The translations under genes and the position numbers were made by a program. Below are positions 22,248-34,758 of a DNA stretch of 64,000 bases, piece by piece; position 1 is the first letter of the stretch; every line of letters begins with the position of its first letter. This DNA is from Guillardia theta CCMP2712 (Eukaryota; Protista; Cryptophyta), in NCBI RefSeq assembly GCF_000315625.1, contig NW_005434652.1, positions 90,348 to 154,347 on the forward strand, read 5' to 3'. The notes beneath the pieces are model-generated. The model worked only from the letters and a program-made list of their open reading frames with translations. It made no database searches and was not told the origin of the DNA.

Positions 22248-22632
22248 GATGTCATGTACCGTACGGTCGTGATTCATTAAAGTAATGTCAACTTGTCACT
22301 AGCCGCGCCTGAGTCTGATCACAGTGAGTCCGATCGGAGATAGAATTTGAAGTACGGTAGCAGATAATCGAACGATCAGAGAAGTCGAGATTGTCGAGAG
22401 GAGTAAGCACACCAATCTAGTATTTGTAACATAGAACAGATCAACTACTTCTCAGAGTTTGTAGGCAAGCCGAGCCTCAGTACAGTTTTGTCATCGGACG
22501 TGACTCCTCCGAAATCTTAGTGTTATTAGTAAATATACTTCTCTCAGTAACTCAACAAGCCTCTACGAAGCAAGTGTCTGCTAAATTCTAGCATGCGGCG
22601 TGTGCGCTCTCGATCTCCTCCTACCATTCAGC

Positions 22633-23687
22633 TCAAAGTCTTGCTCGCAGCGGTGCTTTCGCTTCTCGCCGACCCTGCACAGTGCTAGACATCACGAATG
22701 GCACATCTTCACCCCCCAGAGCACCACTCCATTTGCCCAGAGACTGAGGAACCAGGTTCGCTCTCCTGAACATGTTATGGATAGTGTTGGTCGGGCAGGG
22801 CCTCGATGTGCCTTCCACGAACATGTCGAACAATCCATGCTTGAAGCTGAGCGCTTCTTGAGGAACCACCTTGAAGCCAGTCCAACCAGCAAAGTTCTTC
22901 TCCTGGCCATGCAGCTGAATAGTTGGCTCCTGGAATGCCAGAGGTTTAATGAGACCTTTGACTGCAGAAATCTGAAGATAGCGCAAGAGGGCCTCTTTCT
23001 GCTTCTTGAACTTCGCCGAGAAGCAAAGTTTCAGCTGTCCTTCAAACCTTTCGTGCAGGTCATGGCCAGGAACGACATTGTTCCAAACACTCTTCAACTT
23101 TTTCAGCGTCCTTGCCCATCGTTTCTGGCCATCTCTTGCTCTTTGCTGAATTGGGAAAGAGTGGAAGCACTGGCTAGCGAACTCCTGCTGCGCATTTTCT
23201 GTAGGATCCATCCTATTTTCAACCAGCTCGTTGGAAGAAATCGTCTCAGATCCGCTTGACTCAATCATTTCTGAAGGAGAAATCAATGATTCAAACTCGA
23301 AATGGATTCCTGCCTTCGCTTTGTCCTTGAATTCATCTTCCGTGTTGCAGAACGTATTACACGGCACTCCAGAGCCCCTGCACGATGCACCGTCTTGCAG
23401 CTCCCAGGAGCAGATCGTGCTGGGCTGAATGCCATGATGACCATCCTGGATAGCTTGGAAGCACAGAAGGAGGTCCTCACACGGCACCTCCTCCATTCTC
23501 ATCAACTTCCCTTCCGCCATGCCTCAACGCGCTCAGTTTGTGGGTTCGCTGGGGGAGAGGAGGACGATGTACCACCCCTCGTTCCACCCTGTTTGCTGGG
23601 GGTGAGCAAACCCCTCAGCAACTCCAGGTCACGGCTCGCTTCCGAGGTATTCTCAAGGACGGGGTGGAATTTAGTGAGATTAAGCAT
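22633..23687 (-). CDS. Hypothetical protein
   Basis: 295-aa ORF plus a probable upstream exon; acidic N-half, ordered-looking C-terminal domain (FAGWTGFKVV…TIHNMFRRANLVP). Confidence 0.6.
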
Positions 23688-24520
23688 ATAAGGAGGGGTA
23701 GGGTACTTGCCGCGGATGACTCAGTAGAGGGAGGTAGTCTTTCTTTGGTGGAAGATTGGGGGGTAGTAGGACGAGGGGGTGGTGGCGATGGGTCGTGGCT
23801 TATTATGGGCGTGACGCGCTTTTAAAACTTAGTAAAACATTTATGATTTTACTACATGTCAGACAACCCCTGCACAAGAGCTCCCAGGACCGGGTGTAAA
23901 AATGATTCAACAGTTGCGATAGTAGTAAATTCACTACTACCCCAACCCCCCTAACCCCTGCAACGGTGACAATCTGTCACATTTTTATATTTCTTGTTTT
24001 ATAATAGATACATGCTTTGAATATTTTTTTTTCCCACAGTCGGAAGGCAGGATTTTTTTTTTATTTCAATCCTCCGAACTCAGTGCAAGGATGCCGCACT
24101 GCGGCAACGGCCCGGCCGGGCCCCGACCTTTTAAATATTGTATCCGATCTACCCGGGCAACCCCTGGCTGACAGCTAGGACAAAAATTATATGGCGCGCG
24201 GGAGGATCGTCGTGTTCGCCGGAGCTGCGATGGCAGCGGCGGCTCTAGGTGGACGAGCATGAGACTGTTGTGATGGATTGAAGTGAAGTGAAGTGAAGTG
24301 AAGTGAAATGCGCTTCTGTTTGCGCTCTCCTTGAGGTTTTGAACTTGATGAAAAGCTTCACTGCTATTGTGAAACTGGTTTGCAAACTGGCGAGCAAGTT
24401 AGAATAGAGAAAGTCGGAGAGGAAGGGGAGGAGGAAGTTTTCCATGTGGATTCTTGATGTCTTTTTTTATTGCTGACATTGTATCAACGACTTTCAGCAA
24501 AGTATCTTTATGATTTCTAC

Positions 24521-25848
24521 ATGAAGGGACAAAGGAGGCGCAAGAAGGCGAGAAGAGTGAGAGAATCTTGGCACTTGAAGTGCATTGTGCCGACATATTT
24601 GCAGGTCGTGTTTGCACTGACAGGATTCGGCAAGTTTGATAATGTTGAAATCAATCCTACCGACGTCATCGTCAAGAAATTTCCATCATACTTGGAGGAA
24701 AATCCCCTTCCCTTCGAAGCTGCAGTCGACCGTTGCCTGGTCATGGAGGTGAAGTTGTTGTCGTTTGTCATCATGGTGATTGATGACTTCTGTTGCTTGT
24801 TGCAGGTGTCAGCAGAAGGATGCAAAGAGAGACTCTCTGCCATGCACAAGACATGTTTCCGCGATCACGAGGATTTTCGGGTCTGGTTGCACTTGGGGGT
24901 TGCAGCATCCAAGGAAGAGTTTCAACTAGAGCAGGTTGCATGGAATGGTAATGGCATCAGTGAGCTGTGTGATGATAAGAAAGAAGAATATGTGGTGGTG
25001 GTGGTGGTGGTGGTGGTGATGATGATGATCATTATGGCGACGACGATGGTGATGGTGATGTTGATGTTGATGTTGATGGTGATGGTGATGGTGCTGATGT
25101 TCATGACTATGATCTCGGAATGAAATGATTGAAATGATGATGTTTAATGCCATGATCATGAACACAATGGTGAATACTTCGATGATGATGCGAACGAGGA
25201 GGAAAACGATGGGGAAATACGAGAATCAGATGGTTGAGATAGTGAATTTCATTTCATCGCAGAGGCAGATTTCCGTTGTCCTGATGAGAGAGGATGGCAG
25301 CCGTCAAAGCAGCCAATTTTTAGGTGATCATTCATCAATGCCTTTTCTCTGTACTCACAATCCATGCATCTTAGCGAGGATGGCCCAATATCACAACAGA
25401 TGAAGGTTTGTTCGTTTTCACGGTGCTACCTATCTAAGCTTGCTCTACATCAGTCTCTCCTCCCGATTCGAAGGATTTGTTCAGCTCTTCGCAAAAACTT
25501 TCGTGTCAAGATTTCTTGTGATCCAGGAATTTTCCGATCTAAAATTTGCATCGTCTGATGTTTTGTGACAGGACGCTTTGTTTGCAATTGGATCTATTAC
25601 TGCTCATTGCGATCTTGTCGAACAGGTTGACGATTGTTGTTTCCACCCACTTCGCCGCGATTGAAATTCACCAATAGAGGACCCCGAAGGAAGCGACTCC
25701 TTGTTCGTGCATGTACCGCCCTTCAGGTCTGTCCTCGCTTACAATCACATCTCTTTCACTCCATTGCTGCAGCTGTATCGAAGAAGGAGAGCAACTCAAA
25801 TTCATCCACAACCTTATCTGTCAAATTGCCACGAATCTCACGTCTTGA
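24521..25848 (+). CDS. Pyroglutamyl-peptidase I (peptidase C15), multi-exon; start uncertain
   Basis: LTGFGKFDNVEINPT, WLHLGVA, LEQVAWN (Glu), DPGRFVCNWIYY (Cys) and LFVHVP (His): complete catalytic triad; ADFRCPDERGWQP as in plant homologues. Confidence 0.92.
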
Positions 25849-25901
25849 TCATCTTTTTACCACATGGTGTTAGCATCCAGATCTACTCTTTGAGAGAGGC
25901 T

Positions 25902-27785
25902 TTATTTTACAGGGATGGTGACCAAGTGTACACTGGTGTAATAAACAACAGTCATCCTGCTCCGACATGTACCTTCTAGTAACTTGCTCCCACCATTCTC
26001 GTCACAAGGTAAATGATGAGCTATCCTGACGTCCATAGTTTCTTCGTCACTCGCCGCTGCTGCTGCTGCTGCTGCTGCTGCGGACAGTGAAACTATCAGA
26101 AAACCACATATTATTAGCTCATCCGTGTTGCTTTCACCTTGAGTCAACAAGGTGGGAGGTGTACTGCACGTTCTCCTCATCTTTGTACCAGTTTACTGTT
26201 GAGCAGATAGCTTCCTGCAAGGGCTAGATTTGCAAGTGAGCGAAATCTGAAAGTGCCATGTTTATCTACCGTTGGCTGCCATTGTAAGATCTTTTTCGCC
26301 TTTTCGTTGCTTATTGGTCCGAAGTCAACGGATACCAATTCGGTTTCCAATTCTGCAAGGCGAATAAGAACGACGGAATGACGAATCAAGGAGTGAAGAG
26401 TAGGGATTACCAGGATCTTGCTTGCATCCGACTCCCACTGCTTCAGCAACCATGTTCACATACTCTGGAATGGTAGGCTGCCATATAAAGAATAATTGAG
26501 CAGATACAAAGAATAGAATAGGCAAAGGACCTTCTCTGTACACGCGATATGAAAGACGTTCTTGAAAACATGGTTTCCTGAGAATATGTGAGGATTCTCA
26601 AAAGGATTTCTTTATGAATGCCTTTCAGCAGTAGGAGCAAGACAACTCTGGCTACGTCTGGAGCATAACACAGACTGATCTGATGCACATCTGGACTCAC
26701 ATCAGGAACTGCTCGTGTCCCAATTGTCTCATTTGCCAAAATCGCCTGAACACGATTTATGAACAGTGAGGATGATGGTAGAAAACGAATGGCAGACAAA
26801 TACCTTCTGTAAGTTCATGAAAGATCCAAGATTGTCGAAGGGACCGATAACATCAGGCAATCTCAAGATGGTGTATCTGTCGAATCTATCGGAATTTTCT
26901 TGTAAGCAAAGCTCGCAATCTAGCTTTCCTCCTCCGTATTCATATTGATAATAGTTTCGTTCTTTTGCTTCTCTCTTTGACTTTTTGTTGTTGATTGGAA
27001 GAGCATGATCCTCTTCAAGGCCTGACTTCGACTGATAACTTTCAATCTTTGATCGTTCGCATGCCATGAAAACACTATCAGATGATATGAAAACGTAATG
27101 TTTGATGCACCCTGAGGCAGACAGAATGTCTTCAATGCCCTTCCGTCGAAAGCAAACAAAGTCGATGACGGCATGCCACTTGACCTTCGGAGACTCTGCA
27201 GGAACATCTTCGTCTTCCTTGCCATGTTGCAGAATTCTTCTAAATTTCTTCTGTTCATTCATTCGGTCGCATTTCAACACCTTCACTTGCTGCTGCTGAA
27301 ACGGGTTTCTTGTCTTCCCTCGATTCAGTACCCAGACGTCAGCGCCCTGTTCGAGCAAAAATGAAACAGTGTGCCGACCCATGAATTGAGTTCCACCTGA
27401 CAAGACGATGTTACAGACACGAAAAAAGGTCTGCTTCAGAATGTCGAAGACTTCGGAAGCAAGGAAGAAAGGAACAGATCTCGAGATACATAACTAAACT
27501 TCTACCCACTTTCTCATCTTCTATCTGCACCGTCGACACATCGTCTCCACCATCCTGCTCCACTCTCCTCCTCCTCCTCCTCCTCCTCCTCCTCCTCCTC
27601 CTCCTCCTCCTCCACCACCACCACCACCACCACCACCACCACCACCACCACCACCACCATCATCATCATTGTCTATCGTCTCCATCATCTCCATCATCAC
27701 CTCCACCATCATGATCGGTATCCTCCTCACCTATCACGAGCACTTTCCGTCCTGCGAGCTGTTCTTCGCCCTTGGCCGAAGCCAT
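25902..27785 (-). CDS. NAD-dependent epimerase/dehydratase (atypical SDR), multi-exon; 3' end approximate
   Basis: RKVLVIG|GTQFMG Rossmann motif, VLNRG, YVFISSDSV, YGGGK (YxxxK), TILRLPDVIGP. Confidence 0.85.
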
Positions 27786-28240
27786 ACTCCCTCTTGCTTC
27801 AGGGTACCATCCTCGTACCAACGGGGTTATTCCAGTACGGGTGACAATTCGAATTATCACGGTGGGTAGTACATGACCCCTCCTTTGTATACTAATTCAT
27901 TGTAATACTGTGGGGTACAATTGTAACTAGAAGGGGTAGTGGATGGAAATCAAAACTAAATTCCAGGTGGGGTAGTGAAATTTTGTTGTCTAGGAGGGAG
28001 GGGTACGGTGGAGGGGCAGGCGCGGGAAATGCGGAAGTTTGTGGTCACGGGGATCACAGGGAAGAAGAGGAGCAGGAGGAGCAGGAGGAGCAGGAGGAGC
28101 AGGAGGAGCAGGATGATGAGGACAACAGGATGATGATGATCAAGCAATGAACATGTAAGATTGTTGTGTCTTACACTCATGAGCATTGAAGGTTTTTCAA
28201 CAGTTCACTATGGTGGAACTAGGATGCAAATCTTGAATGT

Positions 28241-31200
28241 ATGACGTTGCCGTCTCGCGCAGCCAATCTGCTCCATCTCCTCTCGATGAAGATGCTGGTC
28301 CCTTCCATCATGACACTGTTGTGCTTGTTGCAATGTGTCCGGGGATCGCACGGTTTCTTGACCCTGAACAAGAGATCAGCCACGGCCAGAAGTTCTGTGG
28401 TGCTTCTTCATGGCCGTGGGAAAGAAACGGATCGAAAATCAGCGGGCATGAATGATCTTCATACGCTAGACACTCTGCCGCACTTGTTGGGGTTGAAAGG
28501 TGGGGGACCTGGTCTTGAATGGATAGAGCAGAGGTTCCAACAAGTTTTCAGCAGCATCTCACCTCGACCCACTGGGTCCAAGTCAAACAGGGACAAGGAT
28601 GAGGATGGACACTCTAAAATTTTCAAGTCGGGTGTGATTCCTCCAAGGGAGCTGTTTGACAAGAAGTTTGAATCTTATGTTGAAGGTGCTAGCACACCTT
28701 CATGGGCAATGAAAAATAAGTTCTTGTCGAACGTGATGGGCAAGAATGAGACGGGACAGCAATCTCAAGCACCAGCTCAAGGATTAAAAACGATGAACAA
28801 GGAATGTGTGTCTCCTGAGACGGAGAGCATATCTTCGTTGGAATCAGCCTTCCAACATCAGCCTCAAGGCGACTTGAGTTTCATTCCCACATCGTGCGAT
28901 ACACAGAATGTGGTCTCTCATGTGCTGCCTAAACTTGAAGACTCTGTGTCGACCAATATTGATCTCGGACCAAGTTTGGGCGTGGAATCATTGATGCTTG
29001 AGAACTCCATAAAGGGTGAGAATTCTCTGAAACCACGCATCGAAATTCCTGGACTTGCTGCATGTGTCAGGGAGCCATGCATTGCCGAAAGAATGTTGTC
29101 ATATGCTCTCGATCGCTTCCCTACAAGTCCTGATATTAATTGCATTTATGCAGATTTTCACTATTTTGTGAAGGAAAATAGCGATTTCGCGATAGAATTG
29201 TACAGGAAAGGGCTGCACCGTTCTCCAGATCACTTACCCAGCGTCAGTGGACTGGCAATAGCCATTGCTGAATCAATGTGCAACAAGCTTCAAATCAAAG
29301 CAAATGAATTCACAAATGCATCTTCCTATGAGGAGTTGAAATTTATTTGTGAAACTTGGTTGTGCTATCAGACCGATGATGCTTCTTCCATGTATGCATA
29401 CAGTATGTGGCTTCAGTATGAATATTCTGATATTTCAACTTCGGAAAAGGTTTTGAGGAGGGTGATTGAGTTGTGTCACGACGAGGAGCACAATATGCAT
29501 CCTCACTCTATCTGTGAAAGTACGAGAGAGTGGATTCTTTGTCGAGAATCGAAATGGGTTCTTGTACGAGCATTATGCGATCTCGCTGTTCTCGTCAATT
29601 CCACAGCTCATGATCTTTCTCAAGCAGAAACATTGATCAGGGATGCCCTTTTGATAGATTCGAATCACTCAAAAGCCCATTACCTGTTGGGTTGTTTGCT
29701 GCAATACGATGTATCTAGGAGCGAAGAAAGTGAGAGGTCCTTCAGAAATGCCATCCAAATTTGTCCGACCAATCATAGAGCTTTGTGCAATTTGGCAAAT
29801 CTGGTTTATAGGTGGAAAGGTGATCAATATGAGGCGGAGCGACTCTTTTTATCGGCTCTTCGGCTTGATCCTGAAGATTCTGAATCATTACAATCTTATG
29901 CAATTTTATTGGATCAAGGAATTGGCGACTACAAGGGTGCGATGGAAATGTGTGAACGAGCGCTTGCCATTGATCCGTTTCATGTACCGACCTTGGCGTG
30001 CTATGCAAGAATATTGCAAGATGAAATGCAGGATCATGCCCGAGCTGAAAATATCTATAAGCAGATTTTAAGTGTCGACCTTCAATGTGTCGATGTATTG
30101 TACAATTATGGAAGGCTCTTGTTGGAGGTCAAAGGAGACTGGCCAGCAGCAGAGCGCATGTACAGAAGAGCGTTGCAGGCCAATCCAAGGCATATTCCTA
30201 CCCTCTGCAATCTCGGACTTCTCCTGGAAGAGTATCACAGAGATTTTGAGGGCGCAGAGTTTCACTACAAGACTGCGCTTGAAGTGGATGCGAATGATCA
30301 AGCTGCTCTCTACAACTATGGAGTTCTGTTGCAAAATGTCAAGTGTGACTATGATGCAGCAGAAGAAATTTACAAACGTTTGTTACGTTTGGAACCCCAG
30401 GACAAACAAACTCTTCATGTTTATGCAAACCTTCTCTTTGATGTCAAGAAGAACATTCCAGAAGCCGAAGAGTTGTACACACGAGCGATCAAAATAAATG
30501 ATACAGATCCAGCTTTATTATGCGACTATGGTAGACTACTACATTCTGTTGGCAGAAACCTTGAGGCTGAAGAAAAATACCGCAGGGTTTTGAGGATGGA
30601 TGAGAATCATGAAATTGCTCTGAGAAATTATGCTTCGCTCCTTCATGATGATCTGCAAAACTATGATCAAGCCGAACTCCTTTACAAGAAAATTCTTTCG
30701 AATAGTCCCTCCACTACATCGAAGGCTTCAGCTTTCTGTAATCTGGCCAGGCTACTTCAAGATGTAAGGCGAGATTACGACTCGGCTGAATCTCTGTACC
30801 TGCAAGCGATAAAGTACGGAGTCATGGATTTCCGATCAATGCATTCGTATGCAGTCCTCCTAGATGACATCCGAGGCCGATATTCTGAAGCGACAATCTT
30901 TTACAGAAAGATGATGAGGCATAACCCTGAAGTCGGAGCCCGCGAACTGTATGCAATTGCCAGAAAGAAGAAAGAAACAGGAGATATTCAGACTGCCATT
31001 GAAGTCCTGAGTTTCATCTTAGAGGAAAAATCGTTCTTTGAGAACTCTCAAATTCTTCAAGAGATTGCAAATCTGACACTTCTCCGACATGATTACAAAG
31101 ATGCTTCTCAATTCTACGTCCGTTCAATGCGAAAGGACCCAAGTGCGGTTGCAAGTGTATCTCGAGTTGCGCTTGATTTTCAGAATCAAAAGAACCACCT

Positions 31201-34200
31201 TGCTGCATTGGAGTTGTACAAAGGAATATTAGAAGTTAAACAGGACGATAGCCTTGTATGCTTGAGATTGGGACAAGTTTTGTTTGCTCTTCATGAAGAA
31301 GGTAGAGTTCCGGCAGATTCTTCTCATCTGGAATATACGAATTTCTTGCGACGAGCCTTAGAATTGGATCCCAACTTGTGTGACCATGTTTATATCTTGG
31401 GTGTAAAGCTTGAAGCGAAAGAAGATTTTTTGCAAGCAGTTGCTCTGTACAGAATGAATGCAATTGCTTCGGAGTATGCTCACTCAAAATCTCTCGTTCA
31501 AGCTGCTATGATCCTTCATCACAAACTGCATAGCAATGAAGAAGCTGGGTTCATGTATGAGAAGGCAGTCATGTCTGGAGTGCAAGAATCAAAGTTCTTC
31601 TTGTCATATGGAAAATACAACGAAAAGTTTGCGATGAACAACACCCTTGCGATGGAATGCTACCGTGCGGCAGAACTGATTGAACCAACAAATATTGATA
31701 CTCTGATATCTATTGCAAGAATGGCTACACAAACGCACCCTTATGTCTCCCGTGAATACATTTCGAGGGCTATTGTACTTTACAGTGATGAGCGTCTATT
31801 GGAGACTGGAAGCGAATTCCACATGGACTCGTTTCTGGCACAACTCCTCATTGAACTTTCGAGAGTTTCCAAAATTTTGGGTGATATCGATCATGCCGAG
31901 GAAATCTTGCTGCAAGTGCTTGATGCGTACCCTTTGCACACAGAAGCCATGACTGAGATGGCCTTACTCCTAAGAGAAATGGGTCAAGATGCACACCTTC
32001 AGGAAATCCTTGTGTCTCGACTGGTTGAGTTGAATGTAAATAACTCTGCAGTGTGGTGCTTACACGGGAAGCTTTTGATGAACAAAGCTGTCTCCGAAAA
32101 CAGTACACAAAATGGAATACGTGATGCGCTCTGCGCATTCAATCAAGCTTTGGATCTGAAACCCAATGACGTTGATGCTCTTTTTGAAGTTGCAGCGTTG
32201 TCCGCATGGGAAGGAAATCATGAAAAGGCAGTTACTTTATTGGAAAGAATACTGGTTGAAGATCCTCTACAACATAAGGCAATGGTAGCTTACACTTCAA
32301 TGGTGACAGAAAATCATTGTGAACATGCCGCTTCAATAATCCAAGAAGCTCTGAAAAGGGACCGGCAGAACTATGACGCAAGGAAACTAAGTGCAAAGAT
32401 TCTTCTTTTGCAGGGGAGACTTTTGCCAGCTTTCATTGAGGTTCAAGGTTTGATGACAGACAAACCAAGTGATATTGAGGTGGTGAACTTCTTCAAAGCC
32501 ATTCAGATCGATTTTGCAAGAATTTTCTTGGCAGTGAAAGACTGTTTTATGAAGTTGTGCCTGCAGTATTGCTGCTGTCAAATCCTCTTCATGCAGCATT
32601 CCTTTGAGCCTCCGCATGATGGATTTTTGTCGTTGGACTTGCAGGTGGAAGATTCTACTATGGCATTTGTCAATGCTCAGGAGAGCCCGTGGAGGTTAAA
32701 GCAGAAGAATGACATATCCTTCATCCAGAGCTCCATGTTGGAAAGAAATGCCGACAGTTATCATTCCAGTCAGATAAAAAATTCTAGAAACGGAACGGGC
32801 TCGCACACTTCTCCGTGTCTGTTGCAAATCAATGCGATGGAGGGCTTTGAAGAACCTGCGTTGTTCGATTTGAACACGCCGTGTGACCTGAAGTCTCGGC
32901 CGTTCATCGTTGCCACACCTGTTGATGTTGACAGGGGCTTGCCAGAAGATGAAAAGTTACAGGAATGGCAGTCAGCACAATCTGATGCTTCTGTTGGCCA
33001 GGATTTGCAGGATGAAACAGTACCAGCAGACATGGTAGATGAACACTTGACACCAACACTTGGAGCCGAAATAGATTCTGATCAAGCTTTCAATTCTGAG
33101 AAAGATGAATCTGCTACCAGAAATAGTGACTCTATGTGGAAGGAATCAGAAGGGCAACAAGATCTCATCGCATCGTATAACCATGGAGGCTCAGAAAACA
33201 CAATGAAAACCGACGAAACCACCCAGGCAATGTTTTCAGATGACGATTTCCAAACCATTTTGTGCTCCGACACCATCTCTTGCGCTGTCTCATCTCAGAA
33301 TGTCCATCCCGCAACTCAACCGGACAAAGCAGATGCTTATGGGGATTCGTCCATCGAAACTCTGCACGTGGACAACGTGAATGCAGAGAACTCGTTCAAA
33401 CCTGCTTCGTCTCACAAGAGCCCCATAACGATTCGCTGCATTCAAAATGGATTCATTGATGAATTTCGTAAGCCAAGAATGAAGGAGAATCCGACATCAA
33501 ACACGTATTCCTTCTCATCTGAGAGCTTCGGATCACACTCTAGGCTGTCGGGTGAAACAGATTCCCCCTCTGATAGTAATTCTGATGATGGAGGGTCGAT
33601 GTCTGTGTATGATGCTGACCAGGTCATGCCCCTAAGTAAGAGTCCCTCGGTCGCACCTGAAACTCCAAGATGGAAACTTGTTGCGCAGCAAAAGGCGTTT
33701 GAACGAGAGCAAAAGCGAAGTGAAGAGAAGGAGCTTTCTCCAGAATTGGACGGCATTTCCACTTTATTTCAATCACCACCAACTTGGAGTGCTAGACAAT
33801 TCACAGAGATCACCGTTGCGAAAGCAGCGCATGGCAGCAGATCAAGTGCAAAGAAATCAAGGTTAATATCCCCTCGAAGACCTCGCCCTGTAACTGCATC
33901 CTTCGTCTCAACTCCTTTGATCAAAGATCACAACCAGAATGGTTTTGTGAATCGAATTCCTGCGAGCTGGAAGGCTGAAACTGCGCAGACCGAAGAGTTT
34001 TCACCTTCGGGAACTCAAGTGCAAGATGTTCCAATGAAACATTTGCAAATCATGGATTCAATGTTCACAGCATTGAGAGGAGTTGCTTTCCGTTCCAGGA
34101 CTAGCAGAGCGGAGAAGTTCAAGATCTACGACTCCACGAATAGAGTCGTGGGGGTAAGACCGGGACAGTGCTTTCTTGCAAAGAAGTGCGAACAGCCAGG

Positions 34201-34627
34201 TTGGGTGCAAGTGACAGATTCCCGTTTTACAGATTTAGGAGCAGAGCTATTTCTCCCCGTTTCCACAGTTGTTGGGGAGGATCTTCTGCTTCAAATATCA
34301 GAGTCCGATAATAGAGCGTCAAGATGCTCAAATGAGATGCGAAAATCGATCCAGGATACAATCGATGCGAATCTTTATTACGAACATGTACAATCACCGA
34401 ATAAGATCCCAGAGTATCTTTCAGTCCCACATTCTATTGGTGTGGACCCAAGCGGACTCTCTCAGGACCATGACTTTGGTCATCCCGATGATGCGGATGC
34501 TCCACCTGTAGTGGTTCGGAGATTCTCTCTGCAGGATACATTTATATGCGAAATGAAGTTCAGAGCTTCAGCATTTTATCCGACGTGCTACCCACGAGCG
34601 ATCCAACTATGCTGTCTTCCTGACTAA
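28241..34627 (+). CDS. Large TPR-repeat protein (2128 aa) with N-terminal signal peptide
   Basis: Many ~34-aa repeats (e.g. LYNYGRLL…AERMYRRALQANP, LCNLGLLL…YKTALEVD); leader MKMLVPSIMTLLCLLQCVRG; long Ser/acidic disordered C-terminus. Confidence 0.9.
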   Translation: MTLPSRAANLLHLLSMKMLVPSIMTLLCLLQCVRGSHGFLTLNKRSATARSSVVLLHGRGKETDRKSAGMNDLHTLDTLPHLLGLKGGGPGLEWIEQRFQQVFSSISPRPTGSKSNRDKDEDGHSKIFKSGVIPPRELFDKKFESYVEGASTPSWAMKNKFLSNVMGKNETGQQSQAPAQGLKTMNKECVSPETESISSLESAFQHQPQGDLSFIPTSCDTQNVVSHVLPKLEDSVSTNIDLGPSLGVESLMLENSIKGENSLKPRIEIPGLAACVREPCIAERMLSYALDRFPTSPDINCIYADFHYFVKENSDFAIELYRKGLHRSPDHLPSVSGLAIAIAESMCNKLQIKANEFTNASSYEELKFICETWLCYQTDDASSMYAYSMWLQYEYSDISTSEKVLRRVIELCHDEEHNMHPHSICESTREWILCRESKWVLVRALCDLAVLVNSTAHDLSQAETLIRDALLIDSNHSKAHYLLGCLLQYDVSRSEESERSFRNAIQICPTNHRALCNLANLVYRWKGDQYEAERLFLSALRLDPEDSESLQSYAILLDQGIGDYKGAMEMCERALAIDPFHVPTLACYARILQDEMQDHARAENIYKQILSVDLQCVDVLYNYGRLLLEVKGDWPAAERMYRRALQANPRHIPTLCNLGLLLEEYHRDFEGAEFHYKTALEVDANDQAALYNYGVLLQNVKCDYDAAEEIYKRLLRLEPQDKQTLHVYANLLFDVKKNIPEAEELYTRAIKINDTDPALLCDYGRLLHSVGRNLEAEEKYRRVLRMDENHEIALRNYASLLHDDLQNYDQAELLYKKILSNSPSTTSKASAFCNLARLLQDVRRDYDSAESLYLQAIKYGVMDFRSMHSYAVLLDDIRGRYSEATIFYRKMMRHNPEVGARELYAIARKKKETGDIQTAIEVLSFILEEKSFFENSQILQEIANLTLLRHDYKDASQFYVRSMRKDPSAVASVSRVALDFQNQKNHLAALELYKGILEVKQDDSLVCLRLGQVLFALHEEGRVPADSSHLEYTNFLRRALELDPNLCDHVYILGVKLEAKEDFLQAVALYRMNAIASEYAHSKSLVQAAMILHHKLHSNEEAGFMYEKAVMSGVQESKFFLSYGKYNEKFAMNNTLAMECYRAAELIEPTNIDTLISIARMATQTHPYVSREYISRAIVLYSDERLLETGSEFHMDSFLAQLLIELSRVSKILGDIDHAEEILLQVLDAYPLHTEAMTEMALLLREMGQDAHLQEILVSRLVELNVNNSAVWCLHGKLLMNKAVSENSTQNGIRDALCAFNQALDLKPNDVDALFEVAALSAWEGNHEKAVTLLERILVEDPLQHKAMVAYTSMVTENHCEHAASIIQEALKRDRQNYDARKLSAKILLLQGRLLPAFIEVQGLMTDKPSDIEVVNFFKAIQIDFARIFLAVKDCFMKLCLQYCCCQILFMQHSFEPPHDGFLSLDLQVEDSTMAFVNAQESPWRLKQKNDISFIQSSMLERNADSYHSSQIKNSRNGTGSHTSPCLLQINAMEGFEEPALFDLNTPCDLKSRPFIVATPVDVDRGLPEDEKLQEWQSAQSDASVGQDLQDETVPADMVDEHLTPTLGAEIDSDQAFNSEKDESATRNSDSMWKESEGQQDLIASYNHGGSENTMKTDETTQAMFSDDDFQTILCSDTISCAVSSQNVHPATQPDKADAYGDSSIETLHVDNVNAENSFKPASSHKSPITIRCIQNGFIDEFRKPRMKENPTSNTYSFSSESFGSHSRLSGETDSPSDSNSDDGGSMSVYDADQVMPLSKSPSVAPETPRWKLVAQQKAFEREQKRSEEKELSPELDGISTLFQSPPTWSARQFTEITVAKAAHGSRSSAKKSRLISPRRPRPVTASFVSTPLIKDHNQNGFVNRIPASWKAETAQTEEFSPSGTQVQDVPMKHLQIMDSMFTALRGVAFRSRTSRAEKFKIYDSTNRVVGVRPGQCFLAKKCEQPGWVQVTDSRFTDLGAELFLPVSTVVGEDLLLQISESDNRASRCSNEMRKSIQDTIDANLYYEHVQSPNKIPEYLSVPHSIGVDPSGLSQDHDFGHPDDADAPPVVVRRFSLQDTFICEMKFRASAFYPTCYPRAIQLCCLPD

Positions 34628-34758
34628 GACACCAGTGTCAAAATCTTCTTGTATTTTTTTATTTGCCCCATCTAAACCATATTAAGGATCTTGTCGGGAT
34701 ATGAATTGAACCCCGGCCTGTGTAAAGTTCTAATCAGTATCGAACGTGTATTATGTCT

